Assembly: GCA_036351375.1 (NCBI GenBank)
Contig: JAZBOY010000293.1
Coordinates: 214-64,213, forward strand
Length of the DNA: 64,000 bases
From: Halieaceae bacterium
Lineage (GTDB): Bacteria; Pseudomonadota; Gammaproteobacteria; Pseudomonadales; Halieaceae
Reading direction: 5' to 3'
Under the pieces are notes generated by a model, which was not told the DNA's origin, searched no databases, and saw only the letters and a program-made list of their open reading frames with translations. Below, piece after piece: positions 1-9,910 of the stretch (the stretch's first letter is position 1; every line of letters begins with the position of its first letter). The position numbers and the translations under genes are program-made.

Positions 1-729
1 GTCATCGCCGAGACGCCGGTGGCGCTGGTGTACAACGGCGTTTCTCACGTGGTCACCATGGCCACCGCCTCCCACCTGGAGGAACTGGGCCTGGGCTTCA
101 GCCTGTCGGAGGGGATTCTCTCCTCCGCCGGCCAGCTGCTGGACTGGGAGCTGATTGATCGGGAGCAGGGCGTGGAGCTGGCCATGACCATCACCAATGA
201 AGCCTTCGCCAAACTCAAGGAGCGGCGCCGCAACCTGACCGGGCGCAGCGGCTGCGGGCTCTGCGGCCTGGAATCACTCGAGCAGGCGATACCGCCGCTC
301 AATCCGGTACCTGCGAATTTGCAGGTGCAGCATGCGGCGCTGCAGAACGCCCTGGCCGGCCTTGAAGCCGCCCAGGCCCTGAAGCGCGAGATCGGCGGAG
401 TGCACGGCGCGGCCTGGTGCAACGTCGACGGCGAAGTGGAGCTGGTGCGGGAAGACGTGGGCCGACACAACGCCCTCGACAAACTGCTGGGCGCGCTGCA
501 GCGGCAGTCACACAGTGCCGAGGGATTCGTCATCGTCAGCAGCCGCGCCAGCTACGAGGTGGTGGCCAAGGTGGCGGCGCTGGGCATTCCATTACTGGCG
601 GCGGTATCCGCGCCGACCTCGCTGGCAATCGAGCTGGCCGACCAGTACGGTGTAACGCTTGCTGCGTACGTGCAGCCGGGCCGCCATCTCATCTATACCC
701 ATGCTGACCGCATGGGCGGAGGTGCATGA
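1..729 (+). CDS. fdhD: Formate dehydrogenase accessory sulfurtransferase FdhD (N-terminus off-window)
   Basis: The frame is open from base 1. GRSGCGLCG cysteine loop and DVGRHNALDKL motif are typical of FdhD. ATGA overlap with the next ORF. Confidence 0.85.
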   Translation, partial: VIAETPVALVYNGVSHVVTMATASHLEELGLGFSLSEGILSSAGQLLDWELIDREQGVELAMTITNEAFAKLKERRRNLTGRSGCGLCGLESLEQAIPPLNPVPANLQVQHAALQNALAGLEAAQALKREIGGVHGAAWCNVDGEVELVREDVGRHNALDKLLGALQRQSHSAEGFVIVSSRASYEVVAKVAALGIPLLAAVSAPTSLAIELADQYGVTLAAYVQPGRHLIYTHADRMGGGA

Positions 730-953
730 TCATGACCGATACCCAGGTCCAACACCTTGTAAAAATGGCGCAACAGATTGCCCTCAACATGGCGGCGGAG
801 GGTGACGGGCAGGTCGACAAGACCGCGGCGCATATCCGCAAGTTCTGGACGCCGGCCATGCGGGAAGAACTGGTTGAACACGCCCGGGCCCACCGGGGCG
901 AACTGTCGGCAGAGTTGCAGCAGGTGGTAGAGGCCCTCGGCGAAAGCGACTGA
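726..953 (+). CDS. fdsD: Formate dehydrogenase delta-subunit-like protein (FdsD family)
   Basis: 75-aa ORF translationally coupled to fdhD by ATGA. The AAHIRKFWTPAMR segment resembles FdsD of NAD-linked formate dehydrogenases. Confidence 0.65.
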   Translation: MIMTDTQVQHLVKMAQQIALNMAAEGDGQVDKTAAHIRKFWTPAMREELVEHARAHRGELSAELQQVVEALGESD

Positions 954-1050
954 CGTATTCCCCATCTTGCGGTCCCTCCGCCAGCCGATTGGCAAGTACA
1001 GGCCGGGAGTCTAAGCTGATAGGCCCACAGCTGTTAACGAGCCTCTTGCC

Positions 1051-3765
1051 ATGAGCACGCAGTACCAGAAGCCCACGGCGCTCGCCGCCAACGAACAGAC
1101 CTACACGATCTATCCCTTCAGCCACCTGGCCGATCGCTTTGACACGGCGAGGCTGCCCTTCTCCCTGAAAATTCTGCTGGAGAACCTGCTGCGCAACGGC
1201 GGCGAGAGCTTCGTGACCGATGATGACGTGGAAGCACTGGCGGGTTGGGACCCTGACGCGACGCCCTCCCAGGAAATCGCCTTTGTACCGGCACGCGTTC
1301 TGCTGCAGGACTTCACCGGCGTTCCGGCAATTGTCGACCTCGCCACCATGCGTGATGCAGTGGTGGAGCTGGGCGGCGAAGCGGGGCAAATAAATCCACT
1401 CAACCCGGTGGAGCTGGTGATCGATCACTCGGTCATGGTGGACAAGTTCGGCAATGAGCAGGCCCTGGAAGACAACACGCGGATTGAGATCGAGCGCAAC
1501 CTGGAACGCTACAAGTTCCTGCGTTGGGGTCAGGAGGCCTTCCAGAACTTCAAGGTGGTGCCGCCGGGCACCGGCATCGTGCACCAGGTCAACCTGGAGT
1601 ACCTGGCGCGGGGCATTTTCACCACTGAGAGCGGCGGCGAGCGCCTCGCCTATCCCGACACGCTGGTGGGCACCGACTCCCACACCACCATGATCAATGG
1701 CCTGGGCGTACTGGGCTGGGGTGTGGGCGGCATCGAGGCGGAAGCGGCAATGCTCGGCCAGCCCATCACCATGCTGATTCCGCAGGTGGTCGGCTTCAAG
1801 TTCACTGGCGAGCTTGCCGAGGGTTCCACTGCCACCGATCTCGTGCTGACCGTTACGCAAGTGCTGCGAGCCCATGGCGTGGTTGGAAAGTTTGTCGAGT
1901 TCTACGGCCCGGGCCTCAAGCACCTGACGCTGGCCGATCGCGCCACCATCGCGAACATGGCCCCCGAGTACGGCGCTACCTGCGGCATCTTCCCGGTCGA
2001 CCGCGAGACCATCAGTTACCTGAAGCTGACCGGCCGCCAGGCCGAGACCCTGGAGCTGGTCGAGGCGTACATGAAGCAGATGGACATGTGGCACGACGAC
2101 GCGGCGCCGGAGGCCCGCTACAGCTCGACACTGGAGCTGGACCTCGCGAGTGTGGTGCCCTCCATTGCAGGCCCCAAGCGCCCCCAGGATCGAATTGCCC
2201 TGACCGATGCCGCGGGCCAGTTCCAACACGCCCTCCATGAATTCCAGGAACTTCAGCTGCTGCCTGCTGCTGACAGCGGTTTTGAAGCAGAGGGTGGTGC
2301 CACCGGTGCCGAGCCGGTAGGCGCTGTCGAGACCGAGTTCCAGGGCGAGACATTCACCCTGCAGCACGGCGCGGTGGTGATCGCCGCCATCACCAGTTGT
2401 ACCAATACCTCAAACCCCGCCGTACTGGTGGCGGCAGGGTTGCTGGCACGCAACGCGCGTCGCAGGGGATTGAAGACCAAACCCTGGGTAAAAACATCTC
2501 TGGCACCGGGCTCCAAGGTGGTGACCGATTACCTGGAGAAAACCGGCCTGATGGACGACCTCGAGGCGCTGGGCTTTTACCTGGTGGGCTATGGCTGTAC
2601 CACCTGCATCGGCAATTCCGGCCCGCTGCCTGACGAGATCGAGGCGTCCATTCGCAAGGGCAACCTGCTGGCCACCTCGGTGCTGTCGGGCAACCGCAAT
2701 TTCGAGGGGCGCATTCACCAGAGCGTGCGAGCCAACTACCTCGCATCCCCACCCCTGGTGGTCGCTTACGCCCTGGCAGGCAACATGAATGTCGATCTCT
2801 ACCATGACCCCATCGGCGAGGATGAGGCCGGCAACCCGGTCAGCCTCAAGGACATCTGGCCGGACAGCGGCCAGGTGCAGCAGCTGGTAACGGAGACCAT
2901 CGACTCGGAGATGTTCACCTCCAAGTACGCCGACGTTTACAGCGGCAACGACATCTGGAACCAGCTGCCGGTGGACAAGAGCGAGCGCTACGCCTGGCCT
3001 GACTCGACCTATGTTCGCAGGCCGCCCTTTTTCGATGGCATGCCGGCGCAAGCCCCCGGCAACGCTGCCATCGACAGCGCGCGCTGCCTGGTCAAGGTGG
3101 GCGACAGCGTGACGACCGACCATATTTCACCCGCCGGCGCGATTGCGGTGGAGAGCCCTGCCGGCAGCTACCTGCAGGAAAACGATGTTGCTCCGGGGGA
3201 CTTCAATTCCTACGGCTCACGCCGGGGCAACCACGAGGTGATGATGCGCGGCACCTTTGCCTCCGTGCGACTGAAGAACCAGCTGGCACCCGGCACCGAA
3301 GGCAGCTGGACGCACCACTTCCCCTCCGGGGAGACCACGTCGATTTTTGATGCCTCGGAACAATACCGCCAGGAGGGCACGCCGCTGATTGTGCTGGCCG
3401 GCAAGGAATACGGCACCGGCTCATCCCGCGACTGGGCTGCCAAGGGCCCCGCGTTACTGGGCGTGAAAGCAGTGATCGCGGAAAGCTATGAACGTATTCA
3501 TCGCTCCAACCTGGTGGGCATGGGCATCCTGCCGCTGCAGTTTGGCGACGGGGACAGCGCAGAGAGCCTTGATCTGGACGGTTCCGAGCTGTTCTCCATT
3601 CCCGCCATCTCTGAGGACCAAAAAACGGTGACCGTCACCGCCAGGCGCGAATCAGGAGAGTCAGTGGAGTTCGAGACCGCCATCCGCATCGATACCCCCA
3701 ACGAGTTCGCCTACTACCAACACGGGGGCATCCTGCACTTTGTGTTGCGCAAGCTGGCGGGGTAG
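1051..3765 (+). CDS. acnA: Aconitate hydratase A
   Basis: 904 aa. Fe-S ligand motifs [23 protein letters not shown] and [10 protein letters not shown] are present, with full-length resemblance to AcnA. Confidence 0.95.
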   Translation: MSTQYQKPTALAANEQTYTIYPFSHLADRFDTARLPFSLKILLENLLRNGGESFVTDDDVEALAGWDPDATPSQEIAFVPARVLLQDFTGVPAIVDLATMRDAVVELGGEAGQINPLNPVELVIDHSVMVDKFGNEQALEDNTRIEIERNLERYKFLRWGQEAFQNFKVVPPGTGIVHQVNLEYLARGIFTTESGGERLAYPDTLVGTDSHTTMINGLGVLGWGVGGIEAEAAMLGQPITMLIPQVVGFKFTGELAEGSTATDLVLTVTQVLRAHGVVGKFVEFYGPGLKHLTLADRATIANMAPEYGATCGIFPVDRETISYLKLTGRQAETLELVEAYMKQMDMWHDDAAPEARYSSTLELDLASVVPSIAGPKRPQDRIALTDAAGQFQHALHEFQELQLLPAADSGFEAEGGATGAEPVGAVETEFQGETFTLQHGAVVIAAITSCTNTSNPAVLVAAGLLARNARRRGLKTKPWVKTSLAPGSKVVTDYLEKTGLMDDLEALGFYLVGYGCTTCIGNSGPLPDEIEASIRKGNLLATSVLSGNRNFEGRIHQSVRANYLASPPLVVAYALAGNMNVDLYHDPIGEDEAGNPVSLKDIWPDSGQVQQLVTETIDSEMFTSKYADVYSGNDIWNQLPVDKSERYAWPDSTYVRRPPFFDGMPAQAPGNAAIDSARCLVKVGDSVTTDHISPAGAIAVESPAGSYLQENDVAPGDFNSYGSRRGNHEVMMRGTFASVRLKNQLAPGTEGSWTHHFPSGETTSIFDASEQYRQEGTPLIVLAGKEYGTGSSRDWAAKGPALLGVKAVIAESYERIHRSNLVGMGILPLQFGDGDSAESLDLDGSELFSIPAISEDQKTVTVTARRESGESVEFETAIRIDTPNEFAYYQHGGILHFVLRKLAG

Positions 3766-3771
3766 CGCGGG

Positions 3772-4866
3772 TCAGCGGCCTTTTTCGTTCGCCAGCGCAC
3801 TGGCCCAGGCCGCATCCAGCCAGGCCTGGGTCTTTTCACTGGCTCTCATCCACTGCTCGCGCTGGCCGGCATCCCGGGCGGCGTGACCCAGGTCTTCAAA
3901 CATCAGCGCAGCCCCCGGTTTGTTGGAGGGGATAGTGATGGTCTCCCGCGTGGCGCTGGGGCCCCAGCCGCCGCCCTTATAGAGAAACGACGCGGAGCCG
4001 TCGGCATCCTGTGACAGGAAGTTGTCGATCGTGATGACGCCCCTGGGCCCGGCAATTCGCAGGTCCATGACCACGGCACCGGAATCGAAACCGCAGTTCC
4101 ACGTAGAGCTGGCGCCGTTGGAAAACTGCAGCACGCCGCTCCCGCTGATGGCCGCGCCGGTCTGGGGGTCCCTGCGCAGATAGGCGCTGACCTGGACCAG
4201 CTCTGCCTCCGGCGGCAGGTACTCTACCGCGGCGCGCATGTTGTACCAGCCTGCATCGCCGATCGCCCCCATGGGCTCCAGCTCTGTGTTAAAGCGGATA
4301 TTGCCCCGATCCTTGAGGTTGAACTGGAACGCCGAGGCCACTGACCAGGGGTCGCCAAGCCGCTCGTCGCGGCGGGCCTTGATATCCAGGGTGCGGGGGT
4401 GGTGCACAAAGTGTGTGCCGTCCATGAAGGCCACGTCGTGCTGACGGCAGGCAGCGATAATGCGCTTTGTCGACGCCTGGCTGGCGAGCGGCTTTTCACA
4501 CAGAACGTGCTTGCCGTTGCTGGCGGCGGCGATGCAGATCTCTTCCTTGACGCTGGTGGGTGTGGCGACGTAAATGGCATCGACCTTGTCAGAGGCCGAC
4601 ATGTCGGCCCAGGAATCAAAGCTGGCGGCTACGCCGTGCCGCCGGGCGTATTCCTGCGCCGTTTCCATACGGCGGCTGGATACAGCCGCCAGCTCGGCGC
4701 CCTCGGCCAGCTTGATCATGCCCGCCATGGCATTGGCAATGCCACCGGTGCCGACCACGCCCCAGCGTAGCGGGGCAGCGGCATGTGCGGTCCTGGCTCC
4801 CAGCAGGCCAAGCGCTGCGGCCCCGGCGCCGGCTTTGAGGATGGTCCGTCGGGTGGGTCTGGTCAT
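3772..4866 (-). CDS. Gfo/Idh/MocA-family oxidoreductase, Tat-exported
   Basis: Twin-arginine signal MTRPTRRTILKAGAGAAALGLL..AHA, Rossmann motif GVVGTGGIA and LCEKPLA motif. Confidence 0.85.
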   Translation of the reverse strand: MTRPTRRTILKAGAGAAALGLLGARTAHAAAPLRWGVVGTGGIANAMAGMIKLAEGAELAAVSSRRMETAQEYARRHGVAASFDSWADMSASDKVDAIYVATPTSVKEEICIAAASNGKHVLCEKPLASQASTKRIIAACRQHDVAFMDGTHFVHHPRTLDIKARRDERLGDPWSVASAFQFNLKDRGNIRFNTELEPMGAIGDAGWYNMRAAVEYLPPEAELVQVSAYLRRDPQTGAAISGSGVLQFSNGASSTWNCGFDSGAVVMDLRIAGPRGVITIDNFLSQDADGSASFLYKGGGWGPSATRETITIPSNKPGAALMFEDLGHAARDAGQREQWMRASEKTQAWLDAAWASALANEKGR

Positions 4867-5326
4867 GGCGCTCTCTCCTCATCGCATGCTGCGCGCTTTT
4901 CCCCCGAGTATAGATGGCTCTCGGTACCCCCGCCCCGACGGCGCGCGGTCGGCTGCGGCCGCGATTGTCAGGTTCTGTTCAGGTTTCTTTGCGTATATCC
5001 CGGCAATCGTGGCTTGCAATGGTCGTTGCATGGGCTACCTTCAACCATTGCAGGTTAAATATGTAAGCGGTCCTGCCAGACACCACCGATTCCTTGAAAG
5101 GGAATGTAAAAGAGAGCTTCCGGACGCCGACAGGGTTGGTGCTACCGGATTGAGACGTTTTTGGACGTCATCGATGCCGACGGTGGGGTGTGTCAGGGGT
5201 AGACGGAGAACATGCCAGTGATCCCTCTACTTTCACGAAGGCAAGAGTCGATTTGCTGGCTACGTGCGCTGCCCCGAGTGAGCCTGCCTACTCGCCTGTA
5301 GTTTGTTCAATTCAGGGGAGCACAAC

Positions 5327-8300
5327 ATGAATTCGTATTTTGCACGACCGCGATCGTGGCTATCCGCCCTCGCGAGTGGCGCGTTGGCTTGCGCAGTATT
5401 CAGCGCAGCCGCCTCAGACCGCCTGGACCAGCGCACGCTTTACCAGCCAGCGCTGGGCAATCTTGCCAACCTCAAACTCGAGTCACCGATGCAGCGCGAC
5501 CAGGTCTTCCGGCCAGGCGACCTGTCGGCGCTCGATGTTTCACTGATCGGCGCGACTGGACGCCAGCGGGTTATCGTTCGCCTGCAGACACCCGCTACAG
5601 GGTCTCTCGGCGACGTGGACGGCTTCTCGCGGAAAGACCGCAGAAACCAGATTGAGTTCGAGCAGTACGATTTCCTTTACCGACTGAAGGCTGAGCATGG
5701 CTCGGTACGCGAGCTGGGCCGCGTGCAGCACGTATTGAATGCAGTGTTCCTCGACGTGCCGGCAGACGCCCTTAATGGCATTGCCAGCGACCCCATGGTT
5801 GAGCGCGTTGCGCCGGTCGGCCATTACAAGTTGAACCTTGAAGAAACGGTACCTTACGTCGGCGCCGCCGCCGTACAGGCCAGCGGCTTTGACGGCAGCG
5901 GCGTGAGCGTGGCGGTGCTGGACAGCGGCGTGGACTACACCCACGCTGACCTGGGTGGCTCCGGCGACCCAGCTGACTACGCGGCCAACGATGGCACCAT
6001 CATCGAGCCGGGCACTTTCCCGACCGCCAAGGTGGTCGGCGGCTTCGACTTCCTGGGTAATGAGTGGCCCACCGGCCCCGGTGGCTTTGCTGACCCACCC
6101 ATGCCCGACCCAGACCCGCTGGATGACCTTGCCCTGGTGCCGGGTGCCTTCGCCGGGCACGGTACCCACGTGGCAGACATTATTGGTGGTGTTAACGGTG
6201 TCGCACCCGGTGCCGACATCTACGCCGTCAAGGTGTGTGCTTCCCTGACCCCCAGCTGTAACGGCATTTCGCTGATCCTGGGTATGGAATTCTCCGTTGA
6301 CCCCAACGGCGACGGCGACACCAGTGACCGGGTCGATATCATCAATATGTCGCTGGGCGCCGACTACGGCCAGCCCTTCGATGACGACCTGTCGACTGCG
6401 GTGGACAACGCCACCGCGCTGGGCACCCTGACCGTATCGTCCGCAGGCAACTGCGGCGACAACCCCTACTGCACGGGTACCCCGTCCTCGGCGCCCACGG
6501 CGCTGTCAGTGGCACAGACCAACGTACCCTCCGCCACGGCCTTTGCCATGAACGTGGTTGAGCCGGCGGCTGATGCCGGCCTGTATCAGGCGGTCAAGTA
6601 CGCGTGGACCCCGGACCCTGTCGAAACGATTTCCGGGCTGGTCCAGTATGGTGATACCGACGGTGACAACTTGCTGGGCTGTGACCCCTTCGATGGCGAC
6701 CTGACCGACATGATCGTGGCGGTCGATCGCGGGGCCTGTAATTTCAGCCTGAAGATGCAAAACATCGAGGCCGCGGGCGGCAAGCTCGGCATTATCATGT
6801 TGGTAGCTCCCGGTGCACCCTTCTCCGGCGCCTTTGGCGGCGGACCTGCAGTCAACATTCCTGGCTTCAATATCAGCCAGGTGGATGGCGACATTCTCCG
6901 TAGCGGCGCCGCAGTGGTTGAGTTCGGCCCCGAGTTCAGTGAACCACTGGTAGGCAGCACGGTCAGTTCCACGGCCCGCGGCCCGGACCTCTCCTTCAAT
7001 GCCATCAAGCCCGAAATCGGTGCACCCGGTGCGTCGGTATCAGCCGAAGTCGCCACTGGTACGGAGCGGACGCCGTTTGGCGGCACCTCAGGCGCCGGAC
7101 CCATGGTGGCCGGTGGTGCAGCCCTGCTGCAGGAAGCCTGCCGGGCAGACGACGGCAAGAGCAAGAAGAGTAAAAAGAGTAAGAAGAGCAAGAAGAGTAA
7201 AAAGAGCAAGAAGAGCGACAAGAGCCGTAAGGGCAAACAGTCCAAAGGTTGCTCGCCGCTCGAGCTGAAGGCGGCGTTGATGAACAATGCCTTCCGTGAT
7301 GTCATCAGCGACACTACCGGCGCGCTGGCGGAGATTACCCGCATCGGCGGTGGTGAGCTGCGCGTGGATGCCGCTGCTGAGGCGACCTTCATCGCCTGGT
7401 CGCCGGATGACGGCCAGCCGTCCCTGAGCCTTGGCTTTGCAGACGTCGATGCGCCTGTGAAGATCAAGCGCAAGGTTCGCATCAAGAACCTGTCGAAGCG
7501 GGCGCAGAAGTTCACCTTCGAACCGACCTTCCGCTACATGGACGACGCTATGACAGGCGCGGTACAGGTGGAGGTCAAGTCGCGCCGCCTGAACGTGCCG
7601 CCCGGCAAGAGCCGTTCGGTACGGGTAGAGTTCACCATCGACCCGTCCTTGCTCTCCGGCAACCCGATGAGTTCCGGACCGGAAGGTGGTAACCCGGCGT
7701 CGCTGACTGCAGCGGAGTACGACGGCTACCTGCTGATTCGCGGCTCGCGCGGCGACGAGGCGGCACTGCCCTGGCATATCATGCCGCGCCAGGCGGCCGC
7801 TGTAGCGCCAGACCGCCAGACTATTGACCCGCTGCCCGGCGATCCCGGGGACATCGTCGATAGCATTGGCTTGGTGAACAACGGTGCCGGTGTGGCCCAT
7901 AACGACGCCTACACGCTGGTGGGTCTCAGTGATGAGATGCCGCGTGGTGAGCGTGGTGCGCAGATGCCGATGCCCGACCTCCGTTCGGTGGGTGTGGCTA
8001 CTTTCCCGGTACCCGCAGGATTTTGTTCGGCAGAACCGTCCTTCCTCTGGGCGTTTGCGGTGAACACCTGGGATCGGCAGAGTCATCTGCTTCCCGTTAG
8101 CCATCAGATCGATCTCGATACTGATCGCGACGGTTCGGCGGACTTCACGGTCCTGAACGCACCGTTCTCGTTCCTGCTAGGCGACGGTGGCCTGGGTGAT
8201 GCCCGTGAGGTGACCGGCGTTATCGACAACGCCACTGGCGGCGTCTCGGTGTTCTTCTTCACCGAGCATGCCACCAACACCAACAACACGGTGTTGTTGA

Positions 8301-8740
8301 TCTGTGGCGAGCAGGTCGGTCTCAATGCGGCCGACTTCGGACGGCCGGTTGATGTCACCGTCAATGCCGTTGATTTCTACAACGGCGGCCCGGGCGATGT
8401 TATCGACGGTATCACCATCGCACCGCTGGGCGAGCAGTACTTCGGCACGCCGAGTGGCGATCTGCCCTCCGGTGGCTTCGGTGCACTCGATGTCCAGGAC
8501 TTCGGTGCCCTGGAGGAACTGACGCCTGAACTCGGCATCCTGCTGTTCACCAACGGGTCCCGCGGCGCGGGCGCCTACGGTGGTGCAACAGAGGAGACCG
8601 AGGCGCTGCTGTTCCTGCTGCCCGGTGTTGAACCGCCGACCCCGCTGAGTGCGGATGAGAAAGAGAAGAAAAAGAAGAAAAAGCGCCGTGGCGATGACGA
8701 CGATGACGATGATGAAGACGACGACGATGACGACGATTGA
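5327..8740 (+). CDS. Secreted subtilisin-like serine protease (peptidase S8) with PA domain, Lys-rich insert and charged C-terminal tail
   Basis: Catalytic triad contexts VAVLDSGVDYTH, GHGTHVADIIGG and GGTSGAGPMVAGGAALL. PA-domain-like insert (DRGACNFSLKMQNIEAAGG). Signal peptide after the ATG at 5327, which follows an AGGGGAG RBS; the track start at 5303 is a TTG. Confidence 0.9.
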   Translation: MNSYFARPRSWLSALASGALACAVFSAAASDRLDQRTLYQPALGNLANLKLESPMQRDQVFRPGDLSALDVSLIGATGRQRVIVRLQTPATGSLGDVDGFSRKDRRNQIEFEQYDFLYRLKAEHGSVRELGRVQHVLNAVFLDVPADALNGIASDPMVERVAPVGHYKLNLEETVPYVGAAAVQASGFDGSGVSVAVLDSGVDYTHADLGGSGDPADYAANDGTIIEPGTFPTAKVVGGFDFLGNEWPTGPGGFADPPMPDPDPLDDLALVPGAFAGHGTHVADIIGGVNGVAPGADIYAVKVCASLTPSCNGISLILGMEFSVDPNGDGDTSDRVDIINMSLGADYGQPFDDDLSTAVDNATALGTLTVSSAGNCGDNPYCTGTPSSAPTALSVAQTNVPSATAFAMNVVEPAADAGLYQAVKYAWTPDPVETISGLVQYGDTDGDNLLGCDPFDGDLTDMIVAVDRGACNFSLKMQNIEAAGGKLGIIMLVAPGAPFSGAFGGGPAVNIPGFNISQVDGDILRSGAAVVEFGPEFSEPLVGSTVSSTARGPDLSFNAIKPEIGAPGASVSAEVATGTERTPFGGTSGAGPMVAGGAALLQEACRADDGKSKKSKKSKKSKKSKKSKKSDKSRKGKQSKGCSPLELKAALMNNAFRDVISDTTGALAEITRIGGGELRVDAAAEATFIAWSPDDGQPSLSLGFADVDAPVKIKRKVRIKNLSKRAQKFTFEPTFRYMDDAMTGAVQVEVKSRRLNVPPGKSRSVRVEFTIDPSLLSGNPMSSGPEGGNPASLTAAEYDGYLLIRGSRGDEAALPWHIMPRQAAAVAPDRQTIDPLPGDPGDIVDSIGLVNNGAGVAHNDAYTLVGLSDEMPRGERGAQMPMPDLRSVGVATFPVPAGFCSAEPSFLWAFAVNTWDRQSHLLPVSHQIDLDTDRDGSADFTVLNAPFSFLLGDGGLGDAREVTGVIDNATGGVSVFFFTEHATNTNNTVLLICGEQVGLNAADFGRPVDVTVNAVDFYNGGPGDVIDGITIAPLGEQYFGTPSGDLPSGGFGALDVQDFGALEELTPELGILLFTNGSRGAGAYGGATEETEALLFLLPGVEPPTPLSADEKEKKKKKKRRGDDDDDDDEDDDDDDD
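7157..7246 (+). repeat. In-frame 9-bp periodic purine-rich tract encoding (KSK)n inside the S8 protease
   Basis: aagagcaag/aagagtaaa/aagagtaag... encodes KSKKSKKSKKSKKSKKSKKSDKSRKGKQSK. It is flanked by Cys codons (EACRADDG...SKGCSP). Confidence 0.9.
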
Positions 8741-8763
8741 TCTGTAGTCACATGAGTACTTCT

Positions 8764-8787
8764 ACGGGGCCTGCGGGCCCCGTTTTT
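8764..8787. terminator. Rho-independent terminator between convergent genes
   Basis: Hairpin acggggcc-tgc-gggccccgt followed by a T-run. Confidence 0.6.
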
Positions 8788-9247
8788 ATTTGGCGGGAGG
8801 GGTGCCAGGTTGTTGCAGGGGCATGTTGCGCTCGCAGAGCATGAATCCGCCGTTCTGGCTGACCCGGTAGTCCCAACGGTCGCCTTCCTGTTCGAATACC
8901 ACCCGGTAGCCCTCGATCAGGGCCTGGGTATACATGCGGCCCGGTTCCGGGCAGCCCATGGCGCCGTTCGGCCAGACAGTGGCCTCGGCATGCACCAGTT
9001 CGGCGCCGTCTGCGCCACGGGCAGCCAGGTCTTCTCGCAGGCTAGCTAAGATCGCCTCCGGCACCTCGCCGGTAACGTGCGCATCCGGGGTCATGTCTAC
9101 TTGTTGTATGCCCTTCCGCTCCAGCATCTCCTGTCGCGCCTGTAGTGCTTCCGGTGATTCCCGAACGGTTCGGGCCTCGTCTTCGGCGCAGGCGCTGATG
9201 CTGATAGCCGCCAGGCAGGATGCCAGTAATGAGGTGCCAGGTTTCAT
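8786..9247 (-). CDS. Hypothetical lipoprotein
   Basis: Signal peptide with lipobox (AISISAC). 153 aa, with no family recognised. Confidence 0.55.
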   Translation of the reverse strand: MKPGTSLLASCLAAISISACAEDEARTVRESPEALQARQEMLERKGIQQVDMTPDAHVTGEVPEAILASLREDLAARGADGAELVHAEATVWPNGAMGCPEPGRMYTQALIEGYRVVFEQEGDRWDYRVSQNGGFMLCERNMPLQQPGTPPAK

Positions 9248-9508
9248 TGTGTTTCTCCCATCGTGTTGCGCTACCAGAGGCCCATGACCTTAGCCCCACT
9301 CACAACCGGCGTCCAGCCGCGGTGTCAGGCAATGGGTGTGCGTGGCCAAAACAGCACAGGGTCCTTTGACGTGCGGGGGGCGCAATCGGTTGACTCACGA
9401 GCAGCCCTCCTGGGGTCGCCCGATTTGTGATTCACGTAGGGCTAGCCGGACGCAAAGCTGGCCTCTTCCAGTGATGCTGGCTAGTATTTCGTACACATTG
9501 GATTACAG

Positions 9509-9910
9509 GTGAACGAAGCTATGCTTGTCAGACTGCGCAGCAGCGTTATTCGTCGGCTGGTACTACCGCTCGTAGCGACTTTATTTTCGCTGGGAACCCT
9601 GGGTGCCCAGGCCGGAATTATCACGCCGGGGCAGGCGGCCAGCGCCGAGGCCCAGGTTCGTCACCTGGATAATGTGCAAACATTTCTCGCCCGCGAGGAC
9701 GTGCGCCAGAACCTCGAGGCGCTGGGCGTAGACCCGAACTCGGCTGCTAAGCGCGCGGCTCAGCTCAGCCCGGCGGAACTGGCCCAGCTGTCCGGCGACA
9801 TCGAGAACTTGCCCGCGGCGGGCGGTGTGCTGGAGGTGCTCGGCATCCTGCTGGTGGTGCTGCTGGTGCTTGAGCTGGTGGGTGTCACCGATATCTTCAA
9901 CAACCTGTAG
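9509..9910 (+). CDS. PA2779-family small exported protein with C-terminal transmembrane helix
   Basis: Signal peptide, then ...DVRQNLEALGVDP..LSPAELAQLSGDIENLPAAGG, then the hydrophobic tail VLEVLGILLVVLLVLELVG. It sits next to a PA2778-like peptidase. The start is GTG 9509 or ATG 9521. Confidence 0.7.
   Translation: MNEAMLVRLRSSVIRRLVLPLVATLFSLGTLGAQAGIITPGQAASAEAQVRHLDNVQTFLAREDVRQNLEALGVDPNSAAKRAAQLSPAELAQLSGDIENLPAAGGVLEVLGILLVVLLVLELVGVTDIFNNL

Noticed and set aside
784-2367. Long antisense ORFs (this one, and also 12849-14300, 16540-17673, 19504-21390, 23979-25751, 54407-55528 and others)
   Set aside because: They lie opposite genes with strong family motifs and have Arg/Gly/Pro/Ala-rich compositions. 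This is expected from stop-codon depletion in high-GC sequence.
6586-7515. 309-aa minus-strand ORF with LLFLLF repeats
   Set aside because: It is the antisense of the (KSK)n tract in the S8 protease, a typical shadow ORF in GC-rich DNA.
8684-8692. RGD motif in the S8 protease tail as an integrin-binding signal
   Set aside because: The tripeptide arises trivially at the junction of the basic and poly-Asp blocks, and nothing else supports it.
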